From the NCBI GenBank assembly GCA_964016885.1, contig OZ024748.1:42222001-42286000 (forward strand): a stretch of DNA of 64,000 nucleotides, given 5' to 3'. The notes below the pieces were generated by a model that saw only the letters and a program-made list of their open reading frames with translations, was not told the DNA's origin and did no database searches. Below are positions 13,001 through 24,665 of this stretch, piece after piece; position 1 is the stretch's first letter, and each line of letters opens with the position of its first letter. This DNA comes from Eledone cirrhosa. Taxonomy: Eukaryota. A program made the position numbers and the translations under genes.

Positions 13001-16000
13001 CTAGAGTTGTTGTAAGACCTAGAGTTGTTGTAAGACCTAGAGTTGTTGTAAGACCTAGAGTTGTTGTAAGACCTAGAGTTGTTGTAAGACCTAGAGTTGT
13101 TGTAAGACCTAGAGTTGTTGTAAGACCTAGAGTTGTTGTAAGACCTAGAGTTGTTGTAAGACCTAGAGTTGTTGTAAGACCTAGAGTTGTTGTAAGACCT
13201 AGAGTTGTTGTAAGACCTAGAGTTGTTGTAAGACCTAGAGTTGTTGTAAGACCTAGAGAGTTGTTGTAAGACCTAGAGTTGTTGTAAGACCTAGAGTTGT
13301 TGTAAGACCTAGAGTTGTTGTAAGACCTAGAGTTGTTGTAAGACCTAGAGTTGTTGTAAGACCTAGAGTTGTTGTAAGACCTAGAGTTGTTGTAAGACCT
13401 AGAGAGTTGTTGTAAGACCTAGAGAGTTGTTGTAAGACCTAGAGAGTTGTTGTAAGACCTAGAGTTGTTGTAAGACCTAGAGAGTTGTTGTAAGACCTAG
13501 AGAGTTGTTGTAAGACCTAGAGAGTTGTTGTAAGACCTAGAGAGTTGTTGTAAGACCTAGAGAGTTGTTGTAAGACCTAGAGTTGTTGTAAGACCTAGAG
13601 AGTTGTTGTAAGACCTAGAGAGTTGTTGTAAGACCTAGAGAGTTGTTGTAAGACCTAGAGAGGTGTTGTAAGACCTAGAGAGGTGTTGTAAGACCTAGAG
13701 AGGTGTTGTAAGACCTAGAGAGGTGTTGTAAGACCTAGAGAGGTGTTGTAAGACCTAGAGAGGTGTTGTAAGACCTAGAGAGTTGTTGTAAGACCTAGAG
13801 AGTTGTTGTAAGACCTAGAGAGTTGTTGTAAGACCTAGAGAGTTGTTGTAAGACCTAGAGAGTTGTTGTAAGACCTAGAGAGTTGTTGTAAGACCTAGAG
13901 AGGTGTTGTAAGACCTAGAGAGGTGTTGTAAGACCTAGAGAGGTGTTGTAAGACCTAGAGAGGTGTTGTAAGACATAGAGAGGTGTTGTAAGACCTAGAG
14001 TTGTTGTAAGACCTAGAGTTGTTGTAAGACCTAGAGAGTTGTTGTAAGACCTAGAGTTGTTGTAAGACCTAGAGTTGTTGTAAGACCTAGAGAGTTGTTG
14101 TAAGACCTAGAGTTGTTGTAAGACCTAGAGTTGTTGTAAGACCTAGAGTTGTTGTAAGACCTAGAGTTGTTGTAAGACCTAGAGTTGTTGTAAGACCTAG
14201 AGAGTTGTTGTAAGACCTAGAGAGTTGTTGTAAGACCTAGAGAGTTGTTGTAAGACCTAGAGAGTTGTTGTAAGACCTAGAGAGTTGTTGTAAGACCTAG
14301 AGAGTTGTTGTAAGACCTAGAGTTGTTGTAAGACCTAGAGTTGTTGTAAGACCTAGAGTTGTTGTAAGACCTAGAGTTGTTGTAAGACCTAGAGTTGTTG
14401 TAAGACCTAGAGTTGTTGTAAGACCTAGAGTTGTTGTAAGACCTAGAGTTGTTGTAAGACCTAGAGTTGTTGTAAGACCTAGAGTTGTTGTAAGACCTAG
14501 AGTTGTTGTAAGACCTAGAGTTGTTGTAAGACCTAGAGTTGTTGTAAGACCTAGAGTTGTTGTAAGACCTAGAGTTGTTGTAAGACCTAGAGAGTTGTTG
14601 TAAGACCTAGAGTTGTTGTAAGACCTAGAGAGTTGTTGTAAGACCTAGAGTTGTTGTAAGACCTAGAGAGTTGTTGTAAGACCTAGAGTTGTTGTAAGAC
14701 CTAGAGTTGTTGTAAGACCTAGAGTTGTTGTAAGACCTAGAGTTGTTGTAAGACCTAGAGTTGTTGTAAGACCTAGAGTTGTTGTAAGACCTAGAGTTGT
14801 TGTAAGACCTAGAGTTGTTGTAAGACCTAGAGTTGTTGTAAGACCTAGAGTTGTTGTAAGACCTAGAGTTGTTGTAAGACCTAGAGTTGTTGTAAGACCT
14901 AGAGTTGTTGTAAGACCTAGAGTTGTTGTAAGACCTAGAGTTGTTGTAAGACCTAGAGAGTTGTTGTAAGACCTAGAGAGTTGTTGTAAGACCTAGAGAG
15001 TTGTTGTAAGACCTAGAGAGTTGTTGTAAGACCTAGAGAGTTGTTGTAAGACCTAGAGTTGTTGTAAGACCTAGAGAGTTGTTGTAAGACCTAGAGAGTT
15101 GTAAGACCTAGAGTTGTTGTAAGACCTAGAGTTGTTGTAAGACCTAGAGTTGTTGTAAGACCTAGAGTTGTTGTAAGACCTAGAGTTGTTGTAAGACCTA
15201 GAGAGTTGTTGTAAGACCTAGAGAGTTGTTGTAAGACCTAGAGAGTTGTTGTAAGACCTAGAGAGTTGTTGTAAGACCTAGAGAGTTGTTGTAAGACCTA
15301 GAGTTGTTGTAAGACCTAGAGTTGTCGTAAGACCTAGAGAGTTGTTGTAAGACCTAGAGAGTTGTTGTAAGACCTAGAGAGTTGTAAGACCTAGAGTTGT
15401 TGTAAGACCTAGAGTTGTTGTAAGACCTAGAGTTGTTGTAAGACCTAGAGTTGTTGTAAGACCTAGAGAGTTGTTGTAAGACCTAGAGAGTTGTTGTAAG
15501 ACCTAGAGAGTTGTTGTAAGACCTAGAGAGTTGTTGTAAGACCTAGAGAGTTGTTGTAAGACCTAGAGTTGTTGTAAGACCTAGAGAGTTGTTGTAAGAC
15601 CTAGAGAGTTGTTGTAAGACCTAGAGTTGTTGTAAGACCTAGAGTTGTTGTAAGACCTAGAGAGTTGTTGTAAGACCTAGAGAGTTGTTGTAAGACCTAG
15701 AGAGTTGTTGTAAGACCTAGAGAGTTGTTGTAAGACCTAGAGTTGTTGTAAGACCTAGAGTTGTTGTAAGACCTAGAGTTGTTGTAAGACCTAGAGAGTT
15801 GTTGTAAGACCTAGAGAGTTGTTGTAAGACCTAGAGAGGTGTTGTAAGACCTAGAGAGGTGTTGTAAGACCTAGAGTTGTTGTAAGACCTAGAGTTGTTG
15901 TAAGACCTAGAGTTGTTGTAAGACCTAGAGTTGTTGTAAGACCTAGAGAGTTGTTGTAAGACCTAGAGAGTTGTTGTAAGACCTAGAGAGTTGTTGTAAG

Positions 16001-16052
16001 ACCTAGAGAGTTGTTGTAAGACCTAGAGTTGTTGTAAGACCTAGAGTTGTTG
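10097..16052. repeat. 6 kb satellite of 18/20/21 bp units gtaagacctag(ag)agttgtt(gtt)
   Basis: About 300 highly homogeneous copies inside an ECD intron. Confidence 0.98.
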
Positions 16053-16503
16053 TTTACACAAGTTATTATTATTATTAATTGTAGAAGTAATTACTGTAAA
16101 TGTCCAACTTCTTACATTCTACAATAGATAGATATGTGTGTATATAGATGGGTGTGTGTGTAGGTCAGTGTATATATACACACTGTGTGTATGTCAGTGT
16201 ATATATATACACACTGTATGTGTACACATACACACTATATATAACGCATCTCCTCCAATACATTTGAAATCAATATTTGTTCTGCATATTATGGGGTCAG
16301 TTAGAGTTTGGGTGCTGTTGTATTGACTGGAATATGTATGTCTGTGTGTGTACATGTATACACACACAGACATACACAACTATTTGTGTGTATATATATA
16401 ATCATCATCACCATTTAACATCCATTTTACTATGGCAGCATATATACATATATATGGAACTAGCTGTTGAAATGGCAACAGCTCAGCCGTCGGACCCCAA
16501 CTC

Positions 16504-16535
<32 letters not shown>

Positions 16536-16544
16536 CATCATCAT

Positions 16545-16878
16545 TTCATTTTACGTCTGCTTTTCCCTGCTTGCAAGGGGGGGGGGGGGGGGGAACGGGA
16601 ACTGATTCTGGCTTGATTTCTCCAGCTGGATGCTCTTCCTAACACCAACCTCATTTACAGTGAGTGCTGGGTGCTTTTTTGCCGTGGCACCTCCACGACC
16701 ACTTTGCAGTGGAATGATAGGGACCCCAGTCCCTATCATCTCATTTCTACAGCTGAGTAAACTGGAACAATGTGAAATAAAGTCTCTTGCTCAAGGAAAC
16801 AACACATCACCAGGTCTGAGAATTGAACTCACAACCTTTCGATTGCAAAGCTCTAACCACTAAGCCATGTGCCTCCAT
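16545..16878 (-). mobile_element. SINE family B
   Basis: Near-identical inverted copy of 2236-2720. Confidence 0.85.
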
Positions 16879-16964
16879 CACATAAATATAAATGGAAAAG
16901 AATGAAATGAAATTTCATTTCTCACTCTTAGTACGGCTGATACCTAAATATAAGTATGAATACT

Positions 16965-17056
16965 TACATACATATATGTGTACAGACGTACAGTAGTATG
17001 TATATATATATACATACTACTGTACGTCTGTACACATATGTGTGTGTATATATATA

Positions 17057-17087
<31 letters not shown>

Positions 17088-17478
17088 ATATGTGTGTGTG
17101 TGTATGTGTGTGTGTGTGTATATATATATATGTGTGTGTATATATATGTGTGTGTATATATATATATATGTGTATGTGTGTGTGTATAAGTGTGTGTGTG
17201 TGTATGTATATATGTGCGTGTGTGTGTGTGTGTATATAAATGTGTGTATATATATGTGTGTATATATGTGTGTGTGTGTATATATGTGCGTACGTGTGTG
17301 TATATATGTGCGTACGTGTGTGTATATATGTGCGTACGTGTGTATGTGCGTGTGTGTGTGTATGTGCGTGTGTGTGTGTGTGTATATATATGTGTATGTG
17401 TGTGTGTATGTGTGTATATATATGTGTATGTGTGTGTGTATATATATGTGTATGTGTGTGTGTGTGTGTATATATATC
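16965..17478. repeat. (TG)n/(TA)n microsatellite field
   Basis: Directly visible. Confidence 0.95.
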
Positions 17479-18024
17479 AAAATGAAAATCCGAAGGCAAG
17501 GTAAAATTCCAATCATTTAATCACGACACGTTTCAATAAGAGATAGATCGATTGTGAAGCCATGATCGATTATCACTGATCTCACCAGGTGAAAATGAAT
17601 TGTCTTCAAATTCTTGATATGAGGGAGAAAATATAACGATGTTCTCTCACAGAATTCATTCCCTCATATGGAGACACACCACTCAGTCAGAGACATGGCG
17701 ACTGCTATTAGCTTTAGTTGAGGTCATAAAAGTTTTCAGATTTCTCTCGCTGCAAAAGACGCTGGACATCAATCAAATCCGTAGGGATACAGTCAGTCAC
17801 AGTTAAAGCGAGTGGGTACACACACACTCCACACCCACACACAGCGGCTCGAGGTCAAAGAAAAATATATACAGATATAGACACACATCAACACAGTATT
17901 AAACCTGGAGAGCCAGTGTGGGTGGGTACACACACACTTTCACCGAAGCGATGTCCGAGAAAAAACAAATATAAGAATGTACCAACACAGCACTCCCCGA
18001 AAGTTAGTTCACAAAGCGATTGTG

Positions 18025-18055
<31 letters not shown>

Positions 18056-18088
18056 ATGTGTGTGTGTGTGTGTATATATATATATGTG

Positions 18089-18127
<39 letters not shown>

Positions 18128-18610
18128 GGAGGCACATGGCTTAGTGGTTAGAGCATTGGCCTTGCAATCGAAAGGTTGTGAGTTCAATTCTCAGACCGGG
18201 TGATGTGTGTTTTCTAAATTTAAGACAGTAGGGAGAGGTGTGATATGGGGGAGAGTTAGCTGCTGTTTCTAGCAGGTTTATTCCGAGTTCCTAAAGGAAG
18301 TTTGTAAGGAAGGGGTTTAAGCGTATATAAGAGAAAGTTGCAGCATGTATGTAGCTTTATCGAATTTTAAGGGGAGTAGAAAGAGGAAATTAAATTGCAT
18401 TAGAGGGGTAAAGCATCATGTATTTAGTTTTATCGATTATTTCTGTAATTGTGGGTGAGTTGAAAAAAATAAATAGTCGTTGACCTAAGTTAAACCATTT
18501 ACAACATTCTTACAGACTTTGAGTCGAATCGGTTTGAAATTGTGCAAATGTATAAACATGGAACATGCACACACACACACACCACAACAATCTGCCTTTT
18601 ATAGATAATG

Positions 18611-18641
<31 letters not shown>

Positions 18642-19051
18642 TACATACGTGTGTATGTGTGTGTTTTCTCACTCTCCCAATATTGATCCTTAAGGAATTC
18701 TACCAATCAATTCAACCAATCAATTCAATACAACCATTGTAAACCATGGTCAGTAAACTCTGACCAATAACTTATTTACTGAAAACAATGAGAACCAGTA
18801 GCTTTGTTTGGTGGTGTGACTGTGGTGGTGGTGGTGACTGGTGGTGATGGGGACAATATCAGGATGTAGTAGCAGTAGAGGTGGTGGTAGCAGTAGTAGT
18901 AGAGGTGGTGGTAGTAGTAGTAGAGGTGGTAGTGTTAGTAGAAGTAGTAGAGGTGGTGGTAGTAGTAAAGGTGGTGGTAGCAGTAGTAGTAGTAGTCATA
19001 GTTAAAATTAATATATATTATATTGTGTTAGAAATGACTGTTTTGCCCTCC

Positions 19052-19241
19052 TTTAGTGGATTCCCAGTATCGGTAGAGGGTCGGACGCCTTGCTTTGATG
19101 CATAGAGTTACGGCCCTTGCCATTCTGAGTTCAAATCCCACCGAGGTTAACTTTGCCTTTCATCCTTACAGGGTCGATAAAATAAAGTACCAGTAATGTA
19201 CTGGGTAATTGCTGGCCTCGTGCCAAAAGTAGAAACAATTA
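19052..19241 (+). mobile_element. SINE family A
   Basis: Match to other copies. Confidence 0.8.
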
Positions 19242-19312
19242 TTTAATAAAACTTAACTCAGTGATAAATGTCTGATTTTTTTTTTTAATGGTTTCTGTAA
19301 TGTTTTTTCCAG

Positions 19313-19400
19313 AGTTAGTGACAATGATGAAGAGTTTCTTCTCATTGAGGCAGCCGATGTCCTTCCTGAATGGCTTAATCCTACCACTTCTGAGAACAGA
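19313..19400 (+). CDS. ECD: ECD exon
   Basis: ttttccag|A ... AGA|gtaaga; VSDNDEEFLLIEAADVLPEWLNPTTSENR matches the DNDGEFLLIEAA motif; phase fits the previous exon across a 17.8 kb intron. Confidence 0.93.
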
Positions 19401-19472
19401 GTAAGATATCTTTATATTTCTGAGAACTGAGTCTTTATATTACATTTGGTGGCTGTCATTTCTCATAAGAAG

Positions 19473-19700
19473 TTCTTCTTCTTCTCCTCCGACTCATACC
19501 TGAGAGGGTTATGGAAGTCAGAGTCCTCAAACGTTCCCTCCAGTGGGTCCTGTCAGAAACAACTGTCTCCAACTGATCCAGTTGGATTCCCATGAGAAAG
19601 ACCAGCCAAGCTCATGGATGTGATCCAACCATCTTGCTCGGGGTCTACCCCTGGGTCTCTTGCCGGTTGGTTTTGCCTGTAAAATCTGTCCAGTTATTTT
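19473..19700 (-). mobile_element. RTE-like LINE 3' fragment, second family, (GAA)n tail
   Basis: KPTGKRPRGRPRARWLD; a second copy at ~49943-50170. Confidence 0.75.
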
Positions 19701-19704
19701 TTCA

Positions 19705-19728
19705 GACACACAAACACAAACGCACGCA

Positions 19729-19760
<32 letters not shown>

Positions 19761-20190
19761 CACACACTCACACACTCACTCACTCACTCACTCACTCACT
19801 CACTCACTCACTCACTCACTCACTCACTCACTCACTCACAGATACTCACTCACTCACACACACACACACAGATACTCACTCACTCACACACACACACAGA
19901 TACTCACTCACTCACTCACACACACACAGATACTCACACACACAGATACTCACTCACTCACACACACACACAGATACTCACTCACTCACACACACACACA
20001 GATACTCACTCACTCACACACACACACAGATACTCGCTCACACACACACACAGATACTCACTCACTCACTCACACACAGATACTCACTCACTCACACACA
20101 CACACACACACACACACACAGATACTCACTCACACACACACACACACACACAGATACTCACACACACACAGATACATACACACACACACG
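19705..20190. repeat. (CA)n/(CACT)n/cagatact compound repeat
   Basis: Directly visible. Confidence 0.95.
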
Positions 20191-20267
20191 CTGTTGTTTC
20201 TAATGAGTATTCTAATAGTATCACACACAAATGGCTGACCATCTTCCTTATATTAACATTTTTTCAG

Positions 20268-20446
20268 ATATTGATTAAAGATGGTGAACTACATATAATA
20301 CCAATGCCAACAACCTCCAAAGATTTAGATTGGTTACCATTGTTTACACCAACTCTTAAAGAAGCAATTCAAGCCATACATCAGCATTCCAGTGAAACTA
20401 TTGCATCACCAGGAATACAGAAGGTCATAAAACAGCGACTAGAGTG
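20268..20446 (+). CDS. ECD: ECD exon
   Basis: ttttcag|ATA ... TG|gtaagt; ILIKDGELHIIPMP...IQKVIKQRLE. Confidence 0.9.
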
Positions 20447-20870
20447 GTAAGTTATTTTAACAGTGACTAGAATAGTTATTTTTAACAGTTTAACAGTGAT
20501 TAGAATAGTTATTTTTAACATCGACTAGAACAGTTATTTTTAACAGTTTAACAGTGATTAGAATAGTTATTTTTAACATCGACTAGAACAGTTATTTTTA
20601 ACAGTTTAACAGTGATTAGAATAGTTATTTTTAATAGTTTAACAGTGGCTGTAATAGTTATTTTTAATAGTTTAGCTGTTTAACAATGACTAGAATATTT
20701 ATTTTTAACAGTTTAACAAACTATAATAGTTATTTTTAACATTTTACAACAACTAGAATGGTTATTTTTAATAGTTTAGCAGTGACTATAATAGTTATTC
20801 TTAACAGTGACTAGAGTAGTTATTTTTAATAGTTTAACAGTGACTATAATAGTTATTTTTAATAGTTTAA
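20430..20870 (+). repeat. Degenerate tandem repeat beginning in the exon end/donor
   Basis: aacagcgactagagtggtaagttatttt followed by copies of aacagtgactagaatagttattttt. Confidence 0.85.
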
Positions 20871-21023
20871 GAGAGAGAGAGAGAGAGAGATCACTGTTAG
20901 CAGAGAACATTTTTGACAGATCTTCCTAGCAGTTGTGTGACAGACTGACTAAAAGGCTGTATATACTAGAATCTCGATTCCACATTTCCCAGAAATAAAT
21001 GAAATAATAATTTATCTTTGCAG

Positions 21024-21165
21024 TTACCCAGAGAAAATTACAAAAGACTTTCACTCCGCCTATTGTTATATTCCTGCTGGTTTAGCTGCAGCTTTAACAC
21101 AACGTCCGTCTCTTATAGCTGCTGGTGTTAATGCCTTTTATTACAGAACTCCTGAGGATTTGAAG
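21024..21165 (+). CDS. ECD: ECD exon
   Basis: tttgcag|T ... AAG|gtcagt; YPEKITKDFHSAYCYIPAGLAAALTQRPSLIAAGVNAFYYRTPEDLK. Confidence 0.92.
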
Positions 21166-21384
21166 GTCAGTCTAACCCTTTTTGTTACTGTATTACTAGT
21201 TAAGGGCCAGTTTAACCCCTTTTGTTACTGTATTATCAGTGAAGGGAGAGTCTAACTCGTTTTGTTACTGTATTACTAGTGTCTTGGGATATTTAGGTTT
21301 TTAGCATAAGATCTGGGAGATTATCAGAATACTGGGCTAATCTGTTCAGTTACTTATTGATGTTTTTTCGGGGTTATTTTTCAG

Positions 21385-21435
21385 GCTTGTCGCTCCTTCC
21401 GTTATTTTCGTCCAGGAACAAGAGTGATGACTCTG
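21385..21435 (+). CDS. ECD: ECD exon
   Basis: ttttcag|GCT ... CTG|gtaagt; ACRSFRYFRPGTRVMTL. Confidence 0.88.
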
Positions 21436-21615
21436 GTAAGTTATATTTTCTCTATTTTCTGGTATAATGTCCATTTTCCCTGTTATCCCTGATTCACAAA
21501 TGTTGATCTGTTGTCCATGAAGAACTAGGGTTGACCTCCTCGAGATATTTGGAAAAAAAATCTAAAATTTTGGGTGCAAAAAATGAGTCAACTTTTAAAG
21601 GAATTTATGTGGTAA

Positions 21616-21995
<380 letters not shown>

Positions 21996-22079
21996 TATTT
22001 ATTTCTTCTGCACAAAATTATTTTTTACTTCAAAACAATTACTGTACATTCTAATGTATAAGTTGATTTTATCTTCTAG

Positions 22080-22217
22080 GCTCATGGTTTTGAAATCCTT
22101 TGTTCCAAGTGTAGAAATCCTAACCTTCAAAATGGAGAAAATAATGCCAACAAGAACATACCTGATGTTAGATTGGAGCGGTTTATATCAACGCTCACTG
22201 ATAAAGGATACTTTAAG
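22080..22217 (+). CDS. ECD: ECD exon
   Basis: ttctag|GCT ... AAG|gtgagt; AHGFEILCSK...FISTLTDKGYFK. Confidence 0.92.
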
Positions 22218-22785
22218 GTGAGTTGACATATTCTTGCTTAACAGGATTCAGCGAACATTTTACTTGAAAATGGCTTTCAGTCTCTTATTTCCACCATTTT
22301 AATACCTACCCACCAAACACCAACCATGTCTGGTTCATTAAACAAACCACCCATTAAACAAATCACCCCTTAAATAAACCACCCATTAAATAAACCACCA
22401 ATTAAACAAACCACCCATTAAATAAACCACAAATTACCCCTCCCCCCCACACAAACCACCCATTAAACAAACTGCCCATTTTAAAAGGTTCCTGTTTAAA
22501 TTTAAATCTTCAAACATAATTATATATTAGAATAATGGAGTGGTCACACACACATACAGTGGTCACACACACATCTAAAGTGGTCACACTGTTGTCAGAC
22601 ATCTACTTTTGTCACACACATCTACTGTGGTCACACAAACCATGTTTGGAATGATCAGACCCTGAGTTAAACAACAACCTCCTGGCTATCTTTGAGGAGG
22701 GAACAAAAGCCCTACAATTAAGTTTTGATATTTCTACTAAACTATTTCCTTTCATCTTGTAATTTTATTGTTTTTATGTTTTCAG

Positions 22786-22871
22786 GGAGAACTTGAAGGG
22801 TCACTGCTCTACAATGAGAATTTGGAGAAAGCAAAACAATATTTCAAAGACAATCTTGATCACACTCCCTG
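22786..22871 (+). CDS. ECD: ECD exon
   Basis: ttttcag|GGA ... TG|gtaatt; GELEGSLLYNENLEKAKQYFKDNLDHTP. Confidence 0.9.
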
Positions 22872-22889
22872 GTAATTCTATTTTAACAC

Positions 22890-23830
22890 TACCATTTACA
22901 TTACTCTATATATACTATTGTATTCTCATGGTAAAGGCTTTACCTCGCATAATATCTCACATAACATTCACATTACTCTATATATACTATTGTATTTTCA
23001 CAGTAAAGGCTTTACCTCACATAATATCTCACATAATATTTACATTACTCTATATTTACTATTGTATTTTCACAGTAAAGGCTTTACCTCACATAACATT
23101 TACATTACTCTATATATACTATTGTATTTTTACAGTAAAGGCTTTACCTCACATAATATCTCACATAACATTCACATTACTCTATATATACTATTGTATT
23201 TTCACAGTAAAGGCTTTACCTCACATAATATCTCGCATAACATTTACATTACTCTATATTTACTATTCTATTTTCACAGTAAAGGCTTTACCTCACATAT
23301 CTCACATAATATTTACATTACTCTATATATACTATTGTATTTTCATAGTAAAGGCTTTACCTCACATAATATTCACATAACATTTACATTACTCTATATA
23401 TACTATTGTATTTTCACAGTAAAGGCTTTACCTCACATAATATCTCGCATAACATTTACATTACTCTATATATACTATTGTATTTTCACAGTAAAGGCTT
23501 TACCTCAAATAATATCTCACATAACATTTACATTACTCTATATATACTATTGTATTTTCACAGTAAAGGCTTTACCTCACATAATATCTCACATAACATT
23601 TACATTACTCTATATATACTATTGTATTTTCACAGTAAAGGCTTTACCTCAAATAATATCTCACATAACATTTACATTACTCTATATATACTATTGTATT
23701 TTCACAGTAAAGGCTTTACCTCACATAATATCGCACATATCGGAACTGAGATTTTGATATTTACTTTGAGAACAATATCTTAACATCAGTATGAGTGGCC
23801 GGTTACAGCTGGTTTGAACAGAAAGAGGTG
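22890..23830 (+). repeat. ~70 bp tandem repeat amplified inside a MITE
   Basis: The unit tttacattactctatatatactattgtattttcacagtaaaggctttacctcacataa is the body of the element at 43961-44167 and 63951-64000. Confidence 0.9.
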
Positions 23831-23836
23831 CTATTA

Positions 23837-24112
23837 TGCTGTTATTATGTCTTATACAGTACCACATGGTGTTATGTCTTACATGTTATGTCTTATACAG
23901 TACCACATGGTGTTGTGTTACATGTTATGTCTTATACAGTACACATGGTGTTATGTCTTACATGTTATGTCTTATACAGTACCACATGGTGTTATGTGTT
24001 ACATGTTATGTCCTATACAGTACCACATGGTGTTATGTGTTACATGTTATGTCTTATACAGTACCACATGGTGTTATGTGTTACAACATGTTATGTCTTA
24101 TACAGTGACACA
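23837..24112 (+). repeat. ~40 bp tandem repeat containing the ECD splice acceptor
   Basis: gttatgtcttatacag recurs about 7 times; the last copy is the true acceptor. Confidence 0.92.
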
Positions 24113-24209
24113 GAACAGTTGGGGCAAACAATGCTAGATTTAATTCACCAGACTCCTTACAGTATTGAGGAACTGCGGCTCCAAGAAGCGATACTCTCAC
24201 CAGAAGATG
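24106..24209 (+). CDS. ECD: ECD exon
   Basis: tatacag|T ... G|gtaaaa; DTEQLGQTMLDLIHQTPYSIEELRLQEAILSPED; phases fit both neighbours. Confidence 0.85.
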
Positions 24210-24665
24210 GTAAAAGAATTCTTTTATATTTGACATTTTAAAAACTTCATTGATCCTCTTTATTGTTGTAATCCTTTATGGGGACATTGCAATTAAACCC
24301 TTTTGTGATATTTCCAATAAAATACATTCTATCTCAATTAATGAATAATTTTGGGAGATTTATTAAAATTATTATTTCATTACTAAGATAACTTAACATG
24401 TGGTTCTTATATAAAATTATGTTGGAATATTTTAATATAAATAGTAACTCTGTAAAATGGGTGGGTTTTTTTTCATAAAACCAGGGCAGAGCTAGTGTGA
24501 AAAGGGTCAAATAAGAACACTTTAAAATGGGTGTTTTTTGTTTCGCAGAACCAGAGACATTTTTGGCTGGGTTGGTATCTAAAGAGTTAATGTTATTAAT
24601 ATCTTCATAAATAATTGACATATTCCACATTTGTGCATTTATAACATGTAATTTTGTATCAGTAA

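Noticed and set aside
10097-16052. CRISPR array or telomeric repeat
   Set aside because: There are no unique spacers, the context is a eukaryotic intron, and the unit is not TTAGGG-like
22793-23783. Repetitive ORFs of 125-279 aa
   Set aside because: They are translations of a MITE-derived tandem repeat in an ECD intron
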